Positions 51,593 through 61,805 of a stretch of DNA of 64,000 nt are shown here, in pieces. The notes beneath the pieces were generated by a model. It did no database searches. It saw only the letters and a list, made by a program, of their open reading frames with translations, and was not told the origin of the DNA. Both the position numbers and the translations under genes were made by a program. The DNA lies in the NCBI GenBank assembly GCA_054600435.1, contig BAAIJX010000014.1, forward strand, positions 372,001-436,000. Reading direction: 5' to 3'. Source of the stretch: Neophaeotheca triangularis (taxonomy: Eukaryota). Position 1 is the stretch's first letter. Each line of letters starts with the position of its first letter.

Positions 51593-53052
51593 ATGAGTGT
51601 AATTCTCACTACCGCGGGTTACGATCATACCATTAGGTGAGTTGAGTCACAATATGCAGTCTATGTGATGTCTTTGCTTTTCCGATGTTACGATGCCTTC
51701 TTCTCTCTTCAATCTTCGGCTACACCCATTTCCGACATGCTATGCCGGGTTTGGACGTTCTGAGGACATCCAAAGGACCTAGTCATACGCTTTGAGTGGC
51801 CTCTGTGGCGCCTGATTTGCTACAATCAAGATTACGCAATTTCTATGTACAGACGGCGCACGAACGCCGGTTTTGACTGATCTTCGCCCTTGGCTTGTTC
51901 CTGTGCCGTCGAATACAGTTCCTCAGTTCCTCAGTAGCTCGCAGTCATTCCTCTGAGCCATCTCACTGAGACTACATTGCTTCGATTACGGCCAAAATCA
52001 AGCATACTGACACGTTCCGCACCCTTCAGATTCTGGGAGGCTCTCTCGGGCATCTGCTCTCGAACCATCCCTCATCCGGATTCGCAAGTCAACCGCCTGT
52101 GCATCAGTCCAGACAAGCGCTTCCTCGCCGCTGCAGGCCACCACACAGTAAAACTCTACGACATCAGATCTACCAACCCAGCTGCTGTTCTCACCTTCGA
52201 AGGCCACACCGGTAACATAACCGGCGTGGCATTCCACTGCGAGGGCAAATGGATGGTCACCAGCTCTGAAGATGGTACTTTGTTCTCCACACCCTCCATC
52301 ACTTGTAACTCCTAACAAATTCTCCGCCAGGCACCGTGAAGATCTGGGACACCCGCTCCGGCCACATCCAACGCAACTATTCGCACGGCGTGGCAGTCAA
52401 CGACGTCGTCATCCACCCCAACCAAGGCGAACTCATCTCCTGCGACCGTGGCGGCAACGTTCGCATCTGGGACCTAGGCGAGAACAAATGCAGTCACCAA
52501 CTCGTGCCCGAGGAAGACAAATCCGTAGCATCCGTCACCGTAGCCACCGACGGCTCTCTGCTTTGCGCTGCCGTTAGCAACAGCGTGCATGGCAGCGTGT
52601 ACGTCTGGCGCCTCGTCACCGTCCGCGATGTCACCTCCCTCGTTCCTGTCACCAAATTCCAGGCTCACAGCACCTACATCACCCGCGTCTTGCTTTCCCC
52701 GGATGTCCGCCACCTGGCCACCTGCTCAGCCGATCACACTGCGCGCATCTGGCTCGTCGATCTCGAAGCCTGTCAGCCTCCTCCACCGGAAAGAGACGAG
52801 AACGGCAACATCATCGAAAACGGCGGGAGCCAGGAGCCTGCTCCTTTCGAGCTGGAACAAGAGCTAGATGGCCACCAGCGCTGGGTGTGGGATTGCGCCT
52901 TCTCCGCGGACTCGGCGTATTTGGTGACTGCTTGCAGCGATCATTATGCGAGGCTGTGGGAGCTGGCGAGCAAAACCATTATCAGGCAGTATAATGGACA
53001 TCATCGTGGCGCGGTTTGTGTTGCGTTGAACGACTATTCGGAGACGAGATGA
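51593..53052 (+). CDS. LST8: TOR complex subunit Lst8, WD40 (exons 51593-51636, 52030-52274, 52331-53052)
   Basis: [74 protein letters not shown]. Confidence 0.97.
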
Positions 53053-53847
53053 AGTGGTATTTGAAGTGTGTGGTCGGAAAGACGCTAGTCGGTGTGGGTG
53101 ACCCTATCTACTAAGCGGGCTTTGCGTGGTTTGCTAGAGGTTGCGAGCATCGCTTAGCGCCGGTATTACAAGGGCTTCCTCGTAGTAGTCCGCATGCACA
53201 AGGGGAGATGGGAGTTGATGAGGAATTCCTAGCGAAAAGCCGGATAAGGTTTGGCTTGCCTGGAATGCAGTAGTGTGGCACTTTCGCAAAACTGTGGTCT
53301 TCACGGCGCGGCTGCGGCTTCAGGCTTGCAGTCTGTCTCCCTACACTTACTACATAGTAACTCTCGCGAATGCTTTGCAACAACACTGCCTCTTTGCTAC
53401 TTATACAACATCTTCTCGAGTATTGAGACTCCATGAGCCAACGAGCTTGGTCATAATTGCGTGTGAAGTTCTCCTGCAGCTCGTGTGTCCGAATGTAGGT
53501 CTCAATAGGCTTTCGCATGCGGCAGCAAAAGAACATCAGCCTAACAGACTCCAACATTCTCTTTGTCCATGGTGACTGACCATACTGCATCATGGGCAAC
53601 CTTACGGCAATGCACAGCTGTACAGCAAAGGAACGAACAGGCCCGCTACTCAAATCTCTTCTCGCCCTCTACCCTCGCCATAAAGCCAATTCCGCGCTCG
53701 CGAAACCAAAAGCCCTCTACAGCCTACCAGCTTGAAAGACCGTGAAGTCCAACAAGCAACCCGAGACAACCTTACCGCCACCACGACAACCCACCGCCAA
53801 CTCCGAACCGTCCAACAAGCCCAACCAAACCAAACTAAACCACCACG

Positions 53848-54249
53848 ATGCGCCCCCACCGCCACCTCCTCCTCTCCGCCCTCCTAACCCTCTACCCCAC
53901 CTCACCCGCAACCAGTACCCCCCTTCCGTACCCCAACCCCCACTCCTCAAACCACGCTACCTGCCTCCAAAAGGCCCCCTCCCTCCCCCAAGCAATCCGC
54001 AAACTCTGCCACCACTCCCACGCCTCCTCCAGCCCACTGACGGTCCCCTCGGCTATCGCGGCTGTGGGCGCTAGTAATGCGAACGCGACGTATAGGGTTT
54101 GGATCCAGGGGTGGTGTGAGCCTGCGAGGGAAGTAAGGGGCAGAGACTGTGAGGAGGGGTTTTGGGGGGTTTGTGCTAGGGGTGGGGAGAAGGGGGAGGG
54201 GTTTGAGTGGAGGGGGTGTTTGGGGTGGGGAGTTGAGTGGATGGGTTGA
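53848..54249 (+). CDS. Small secreted 6-Cys protein, 133 aa
   Basis: Signal-peptide-like MRPHRHLLLSALLTLYPTSPA; six cysteines; CACCACG-ATG context. Confidence 0.6.
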   Translation: MRPHRHLLLSALLTLYPTSPATSTPLPYPNPHSSNHATCLQKAPSLPQAIRKLCHHSHASSSPLTVPSAIAAVGASNANATYRVWIQGWCEPAREVRGRDCEEGFWGVCARGGEKGEGFEWRGCLGWGVEWMG

Positions 54250-54657
54250 GGTGAGGGGGGTTTTCGGGTGGGGGGAGTGTAAGGATGGTTTGAATGGATG
54301 GTTTGATGGGTGGGTTGACTGGTTCATGGGAGTCGGGTTGTAGAGGTCGCGGATGGGAGGTTTGGGAGGTCTGGATGGAACGGTGGTGCGGGTATCTTGT
54401 TGTCTATCTGATGGGCCGGAGCGGCTGTGTTTTGGCTGAGGAATTCTGGAGGCTGTACTGTACTTGCTGTACAGAGTGTTTGCCGGCAGACAAGCGAACG
54501 TCTGGTGCGACGTAGCCATGCTTCAGATCTGCGTGTCGCCTGCAGCTCTTGCTGGCGAATCAGAGGCCTAGCATCGTGTGCGACGCTCACGTTCCGCTCC
54601 AGTCCTCAACCATGGGTATCTTCGTATCCCGAGATATTCTTCAATCCATAGAGGACT

Positions 54658-55480
54658 TCATTTCTCATCCACGCAAAACTCCCTAAGCTCCTCCCACGCC
54701 TTTTCCAAATCATCGTTGACAACGATCTTGTCATGAACGCCCGTCTTTGCGAAAGCAATCTCCTTCTCAGCCTGTTTCAAGCGCAGCAAGATGTCTTCTT
54801 CCTTGTCAGTCGCGCGTCCTCGGAGCCGCTGTTCCAGAATCTCGACCGAAGGGGGTTGCAGAAATAGGAAGCGAGCGTTAAGATCCGTCTTCTTGACTTG
54901 TTTTACGCCCTGGGGCACCGTCAGCACGGAAACCTCTTCACAACGCTCTGCTTCCTAGCCATCAGAGATCAATCCATAGATGCAAACTCACCTCCATCTC
55001 GATATCCAAAATACACACTCTCCCCTTCTCGGCCACATCCTTGACAGCCTTGATACTAGTGCCGTAGAAATTGCTCCCAAACTGCGCGTGCTCGATGAAA
55101 CCTCCCTCATCCACTAGCTTATTGAAAGCCTCTTTTGTCGTGAAGTTGTAAGCTACGCCGTCTTCCTCTCCGGGTCGCGGAGCGCGAGTCGTGTGCGAGA
55201 CGCTGAAGCCGAATTTCTCGGGGTATTGTTTGAAGAGACGACCGAGCAGGGTGGATTTTCCTGCGCCGCTGGGGCCGGAGACGACGATTGGGCGGATGGT
55301 TGCGACGGCTGGAATGATGAGGTTAGCTTGGGTGGACTGGGTGGGGAAGGGGGTTTTAGGGGAGGGCGTACAAGGAGTCGGTGCCATTGTTGCGAACGAA
55401 CGGGTTGGTCTGGAGGCAGATTGGAAGGGTTTGAAAGGGGCTATTGGTAGACGGGCGAGACGAGGAGACGCTGTACGCAT
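54658..55480 (-). CDS. GUK1: Guanylate kinase (ATGs at 55480 and 55387; introns 55371-55309 and 54991-54910)
   Basis: [16 protein letters not shown]-loop, [49 protein letters not shown]. Confidence 0.97.
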
Positions 55481-55733
55481 CAAACAATTGAGAGATAGTG
55501 TATTCTCTCACTATGATTTCCATCTCGAGTCAGCGTTCACATACCTACTAGTACGCCTCAAGGCCAGATCTTGGGTGGGGTCCGGGAAGTGGGCTTCCTT
55601 CTCCACGCGACGTGATCGATTGACCGATGGATACCAAGCTTCAGCGTCTACTTCCTCCCCCACTGCCACTACTTATCAACCACCGCTAACTAATTACCTA
55701 CCCTTTCACTGCTGCCGCCCTCCGCCGTCCGCC

Positions 55734-57218
55734 ATGCCCTCTGGCAAACGAAAACGTACCACTCCCCCCGACCCCACCGAACTCGACACCAACATCAAGT
55801 CTCGCGTCCGTGGTACTGTCGAATACCTCGCCGCGTACAATGTTCCCCACAGCAAGGAACACATCTTCCAATACTTTGGCGTCACTCCCGAACAGGGCTA
55901 TCGCGCCCTCGCCAGTAATCGCGATGCCCGTTCTCCCACCCCGGAGCCGCCGAAGCGGAGTCACAAGAAGAAGGTCACGGTGATGGGGCCGTCGGCTACT
56001 GTTGCCAATGCTGCTGAGTTGTCGGGATGGAGGGGTGGGCCTGGCGTGACGAGTGCGCAGTTTGAGCAGGGTGCTGTTGCTGGTGGTAGTGATACGGTCG
56101 CGCCTCAAGGTGTTGGTGTTGGTGCTGGCGGTATGGGTGATGCTAGCAGTGGCGTTATTGGTGGTGAAACACCGGACGTGCCTGCTGCTCCGGGCATGGG
56201 TGATACATACGAAAGCGATAACGACGCTGGTCAGAACGATACCACCATATTGGACGACGAAGAGCATCAGCGTCCCGACGGTCCCGTCAATATGGAGCGA
56301 GCACCAGGAGCCTACAATGATAGAGTCGAGCTGTTGGATCCGCCCGAACATATCGCCGTCCTGCGTGAGACGATGTTCCATCTCCGACAGCCCCTAACGC
56401 TCACTCCAGAAGAACAGGAAGCCTTCTGGCCCTACATGGACAACATCTGGTCCTTCTACAAAGAAAAAGCACGTCAAGCTAAACCTCTCTCCCCGCAATC
56501 ACGCTACCGCTGCCGCTTGCACCCAACCAAGTCCGATATCCGCACCGGTGATCGTCAACGCAACCGAACCATGCCCGAAAACTTAGGCTGTCCAGCCAAA
56601 ATGAAAGTCGTTTCCCACCGTCAACCCGAAGTCGACGCCAACGGCACTCAGACAGGAAAATTGATTCCCGTCTCCTTCACCTTTGAAATCGTCTCCGAGT
56701 CCAAACACAACCATACTCTCGAAGAAGTCGACTTGAGAAAACTCAACAGCGCCGTCAAAAACCACGCTTCCATGCAAGCCAACCGCCCAAACATCAGCTA
56801 CGCCGATGTAGCCGCCACCTTAAAACACGAATCCCATAGGCAGACCCTGTTAGACTGCGGCGGCGTCAAATTCATCAAACACGGCCTCAAGGAAACCTAC
56901 AATGGTGCCAAAGCCCTCCGCGAACGGCCACACTTGGGCGTCGCGTCTGCTGGTGTGCCCAGAAAGCCCAAGTTCGACCGCATGGTCGCTCCCCCTCAAG
57001 GCCCTCCAGATACGAAGGCTGCGCACGCGAGTTTCATGAAGGTCAAATCTGTACCCGCAAGCGAGAGGTATTTGATGTGGTGGGAAAGTTCAGCTACGGC
57101 TAGAGCGGATGAGAGTGTTGTTTATGAGACGCCGCCGATTTATCGGGAGGGTCTTAAGGAGGGGCTGACTGTGGCGCAGTTGCTGGAGCAGCAGAGTGGG
57201 GCTGGGGATGGAAGCTGA
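55734..57218 (+). CDS. Hypothetical DNA-binding protein (494 aa) with transposase-like HTH and WRKY/GCM1-like zinc finger
   Basis: GCC-ATG start; NLS KRKR; helical segment DTNIKSRVRGTVEY..IFQYFGVTPEQGYRAL; CRL..CPAKMKV..HNH pattern. Confidence 0.75.
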   Translation: MPSGKRKRTTPPDPTELDTNIKSRVRGTVEYLAAYNVPHSKEHIFQYFGVTPEQGYRALASNRDARSPTPEPPKRSHKKKVTVMGPSATVANAAELSGWRGGPGVTSAQFEQGAVAGGSDTVAPQGVGVGAGGMGDASSGVIGGETPDVPAAPGMGDTYESDNDAGQNDTTILDDEEHQRPDGPVNMERAPGAYNDRVELLDPPEHIAVLRETMFHLRQPLTLTPEEQEAFWPYMDNIWSFYKEKARQAKPLSPQSRYRCRLHPTKSDIRTGDRQRNRTMPENLGCPAKMKVVSHRQPEVDANGTQTGKLIPVSFTFEIVSESKHNHTLEEVDLRKLNSAVKNHASMQANRPNISYADVAATLKHESHRQTLLDCGGVKFIKHGLKETYNGAKALRERPHLGVASAGVPRKPKFDRMVAPPQGPPDTKAAHASFMKVKSVPASERYLMWWESSATARADESVVYETPPIYREGLKEGLTVAQLLEQQSGAGDGS

Positions 57219-57778
57219 GTTGCGAGGGATGGCGTGCGTCGGTTGTAGGGAGAGCGCCGGAAGCGTGTTCCTGGGCTCCGTCGTGTCCGTCCCCACGCAG
57301 GTGTAAGCCCTTTGGTATGTTTTACGTCGAACTCGCGGATAGCAGCACGGCAGTCGATTATACTACCTTGGCTCCTGATGGCGATGGGGAATCGCGGCGG
57401 CGCGTCTGCTGTACTCCATGCAGACAAGGGGGGCAATAGTTGGAAGGCTACGGCTTCCACCCCCTAAACTTTTAGTAATCGCTCTACTGGTTCCTGGCCG
57501 GTAAATAATTTACGATGTAACGAGAGCTAGCTTCATAGCTTCTAATTTCGTCTGATGGCCTCTTTGAAAGCCCCGGAATCTCATATCTATTGCAGTAGTG
57601 AAATGTTGAAAGACGTGGGGGCCAAAAGTCAAGCCCAGATCTGAAACGCGCGGAACGTTTGGGAGAGGCTTTGAGTGACAGCGGGCAGCTTGTGATTGGT
57701 GACCAATCTCGAGACGTCGACCTCTACCCGGCGTAGATAGACCTATACATAGACAACCTTCTGTTTGGCCACACCAAA

Positions 57779-59864
57779 ATGTCAAGCGTGAACGCTGCTG
57801 AGGCTTCCGGGAAATCTGGTGAGTAATTTGCATCCGATCGAACAGTTGGCTGCGACCCTACTCGGCTGCTGGGGCTGAAGATCGATTGAGTGGTCGCCAG
57901 GCTGACGCAAGCAACCATGTAGCTTCCAAAAAGAAGAACAAGAAGAGCAAGAAGAAGGCCAATGGCAAGGCCAAAGAGGGAGCCGGCCAGGAACACATAA
58001 ATGGTGTTGCAAACCAGGCGCAGGACGATGGGGACGACGACGATGATGGGGATGATGCTGGCGAACAGCAACAGCCACTGGTCAGAAATACATTGCTGGC
58101 TTGATACCTTGGAGTCTGCGACTGACTTGGCTGACACAGTCACGAGCGAATTCTGTAAAGCATCAAGAGCAAGACACGTCGAACGAGCCTTCTGCGACGC
58201 CTTCTGAACCTACGACAGCTGCAACGGACGAGCAACCCCCAAGTCAAGACCCTCCTTCAAGCAATGGAGCCCAGTATAGCAGCTCCGACATCGTAAAAGA
58301 AGAAACTGGCGGTGACAACAACCTGGAAGCGCAGTTGGAAGATGCAGCTGCGCCAACAGCCAATCTCGATGCTGAAACCCGCTTCGCAGCCCTCCAAACC
58401 GAACGGGACAATCTTCGCAGTGAAGTGACGTCTCTACGCAAAAGCCTCGAGAGCTTACAAGCAGCTTCCTCAAACAGCAACGATGCCGCCGACCAGGACC
58501 AAAATGAGAGCAAGTCAGACTCTGAAGAGCTCAACAACTTGCGCGAAGAACTCGAGCAGACTCAACAGGGCAAAGAGCATGCCGAAACCCAGTACCGCAA
58601 TCTGCTAGGCAAAGTCAACACCATCCGCTCCCAGCTAGGTGAACGACTGAAACAAGACGCAGAAGAGCTTGCGCAAGCTCGACAGCAAATTGAAGAGCTG
58701 GAAGGGGACAAGACTCAGACCGGACAAGAGAACGAGCGACTACAAGCTAGGATGGAAGAATTGGATTCACAAATCAAATCACAGAATGCCGAACTCGAAG
58801 ACCTCCGCTCCAGAACCCACCTCTCTACTTCCAACTGGGCCAAAGAGCGCGACGACATGTTATCTCGCGAAGCCTTCGTGCGAGAAGAATACGAAGCGGC
58901 GAAGCAAGCGATGCAAGACTGGGAGATCCTAGCAACGGAAGAGCGCTCCCGCCGCGAAAACCTCGAAGAGCGCGCCCAAGAGCTCGAAGAGCAACTCACC
59001 TCTCAGACCACCCTCTACGAACGCTTGCGCGGCGAAGCGGAAACCCAAAACTCAACGGTCGAAGGTCTGCAACGCGCCCTGCGAGATCTTCAAGAGGAAC
59101 GAAAACGCGAGCTCCGCGAAATGGTAGAGCAATCGCAATCGCAACTCGAAGAACTGCGCTCGCAAGCCAAAACCGCCGAGACTCGAACCACCGACCTCCA
59201 AACCCAACTCAGCAGCACGCAAAAGGACCTCGAACGCGCCCTTCCCTTTGAGCGCGAAGTCAAGGAAAAGAACCTGCTAATCGGCAAACTGCGCCACGAA
59301 GCGGTAATCCTCAACGACCACCTAACCAAAGCTTTGCGTTTCCTCAAACGCGGCAAGCCCGAAGACAATGTCGACCGCCAACTCGTGACAAACCATTTCC
59401 TGCACTTCCTCGCTCTCGACCGCTCCGATCCGAAGAAATTCCAGGTTTTGCAGCTGATTGCCGCGTTGTTGGCCTGGAACGAGCAGCAGCGCGAGCAAGC
59501 GGGACTGTTGCGTCAGGGCAGTGGCGTGGGTGGCTTGTCTGCTGGGGGAAGCTTGAGGTTGCCTGTTAGTCCTTTTAGGCGCTCCGGCAGTACGCCGGCG
59601 CTGAATGATTTGACCGCGCCGCCGGACAGTCCTGGGGGTAAGGAGACGTTGGCGGAGTTGTGGAGTGATTTCTTGGAGAGGGAGGCTGAGGCCGGTGGTG
59701 GTGGGGGTGGGGATAGTAGGAGGGGGAGTGTAGTGCAGGGGAGTCAGAGCGCTAAGGGTAGTCCTGTTGTTGGGAATGCGAGAGCCGCTAGTCCGGAAGT
59801 CAGGAGGAAGGAGAGTCAAGGTCAGGGTCAGAATATCGGGGCTGCCGGGGGCGGTGGTGGGTGA
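57779..59864 (+). CDS. RUD3: Golgin Rud3/GMAP-210 family (exons 57779-57818, 57923-58080, 58140-59864)
   Basis: Long coiled coil; EREVKEKNLLIGKLRHEAVILNDHLTKAL; GRAB domain DNVDRQLVTNHFLHFL..KKFQVLQLIAALLAW; LAELWSDFLE. Confidence 0.93.
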
Positions 59865-60042
59865 GGCTGGTGTACTTGGTATAATACGTTCTTCTTGAGC
59901 TTGTCTTTTCTCCTCTGCTTCCATTGTTTACCAAATCTACAAGCTCGACTGAAGCTCACCGTTATGCGAACAAAAGCTTTAAGCCCCCTCGACACACGAT
60001 AAAAGGAAGCCTCACGAAAGACCAGCAAGATGACAACGAGAC

Positions 60043-60154
60043 CCGAACCTCTTGGATTTGAACCAAGGCCTGCTCGCAAACATGAGTTCACCAGGCCCGT
60101 TGGGTGTGTAATGCCGGGGCTGATGCGCTTTCACATCCACTACACTAAGGACCT
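60043..60154 (-). ncRNA. tRNA-like Pol III element (degenerate or rearranged relative of the 60450-60728 gene)
   Basis: A box TAGTGTAGTGG (60147-60137); perfect T arm CTTGG-TTCAAAT-CCAAG (60067-60051); CGAGC-AGGC before the T arm; acceptor stem only 5 of 7 pairs; no anticodon loop. Confidence 0.6.
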
Positions 60155-60436
60155 CTGGTTGTTGGAGGATAGTGGTGACATGGGCCTGGTGGTATATGAT
60201 ATTTGCGAAAGGACAAGCGGCGGTGTCGGTTCATGCGGCTGTCCTGGCAGAGTGCAAACGAAGAGTCCCGGGCCGAGAGTGCTAGCATTCTCTCTTCGAG
60301 CACGAACAGGATAGAGCCGTAGATTCAGGTATGTACGAGAATGTCGAAACGAAAATTTAGAGGAGAAGGCAAGAATTCGACCTTCAGCGAATGTAGCTAC
60401 TAGATCCGATGAGAAAGCTCAGGAGCCCATTCAAGC

Positions 60437-60446
60437 AAAAAGAAAA
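60437..60446 (-). terminator. Pol III terminator TTTTCTTTTT
   Basis: T-run immediately 3' of the tRNA-like gene. Confidence 0.75.
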
Positions 60447-60449
60447 GTC

Positions 60450-60728
60450 TGGATTCTCTCAGGATCGAACTGAGGCCTGCCCGTAAATCTACCCCTGCGG
60501 CCCAAGTCGCGAAGTTCGCGAGGGAGCGAAGTGCTCCAACTCAGCAATCTGCCGAGTTCGACCACTAGGGTCGACGCCCTTGATGGGCAAGACCGCCCAA
60601 TCCGGGCGGATGGATCAACCGATCGTCACCAGTTGACCCTGGGCTCCGAGCGACTTAGAGGCCGCGTGGAGCCCGCGGTGGCTGCAGAGGTGCGAGATCG
60701 AGCCGTGCTACCACTGCACTAAGAATCC
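60450..60728 (-). tRNA. Atypical tRNA or tRNA-like gene, nominal anticodon CTC (Glu), with a 208-nt intron (60692-60485)
   Basis: Acceptor GGATTCT/AGAATCC + A73; T8 A9; D arm GTGC-AGTGGTA-GCAC; anticodon stem GCTCG/CGGGC; variable loop AGGC; T arm CTCAG-TTCGATC-CTGAG; T-run terminator 3 nt downstream. Confidence 0.85.
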
Positions 60729-61805
60729 CTCGTTGTGCTTTGGTGGCGGCGGTAAGGGCTTTGGCGTGTATGTAGTCTGGAGAAGCCGGCAGAGGTGTCA
60801 AACATTGACCCGCAACTCGGTGGTATGCGGCTATCCGGTAGCTTGCAAACGGCGAAAGGGATGGCTCCTGGGCAATGCCCAAATTGTCTCTCTCTCAAGA
60901 CAGAAATGGTTACGGTCCATGGCACTGAGTCTCAATCGCCATGTCCGCGTTCAGTGGCCCTGACAGTCCTCGACAAGAGAAAAGGCCAAGTGCTCAGTGA
61001 TCCAGTTGACCTTGCCCATCATCAGCAGCGGGTTATGGAACCTTTCGAAGCCCAGTTTCCCTCACTGTGGTCCTCCTAAAGGGGACCCAGAGATGCTGTG
61101 TATGCGGAGATTCTTCCTTTCCTCCGTGTTTCCTTGATAGGAACCTCCATGTCATTCCTGCTCTTAGTCCAAGAACCCCTCTCTTGGAAATGCGTGGATG
61201 CGGAGAGATGGAGATGTTCAGGTAGTTGATCAGTGAGCAACTCGAGGTTTGCGATTTAGCCGCCACAGAAATCACTTGGCTTGCAGCTGCTTCTTGCAGG
61301 ACCTCAGCTTGCACGTCACGAATCGTGCCCACATATTCACCGGTCTACAGATCGCACGCAGCACTCTTCGACGAGTCAAACAATCACTTAGTTGACAGTC
61401 GACAGGAGAGCTAGGTCGCGAAGAGAGTAGTACGGATGAGCCAAAGAGTGAAGTCGGCGTCCCACAGCTCTTTCTCGGCGAGCGGTTCTAAGGAATGACC
61501 ATCTCCCAATGCTTCCAAGATTCCTAGATGCTTGGAAAGCAGCTTCAAGACGCACTCCGGGCCTCAAAGTGCATCATCGCATGACTGCTCATGCAGCGGC
61601 TATTATGCTCCCAGTCCTTGCAGGCGATGTTCAGTCAAGTCTTCCCCCAATGTCCGGCTAAATGAGCGTGGAGGCGAAGGCTCTCTGGGCGAGGTATGAG
61701 AGGAGCTGTACCCAGGATGCCTCTGTAAGCAGATATAAAGAGATGGCGGCCTTGACCGGGCTCGAAACCAACGGTATTCCACAAACCATCAGACGACCAA
61801 GCAAC

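Noticed and set aside
55191..55733. 5' extension of the 675-aa ORF
   Set aside because: Starts at a non-ATG codon and overlaps GUK1 antisense; the start is more likely GCC-ATG at 55734
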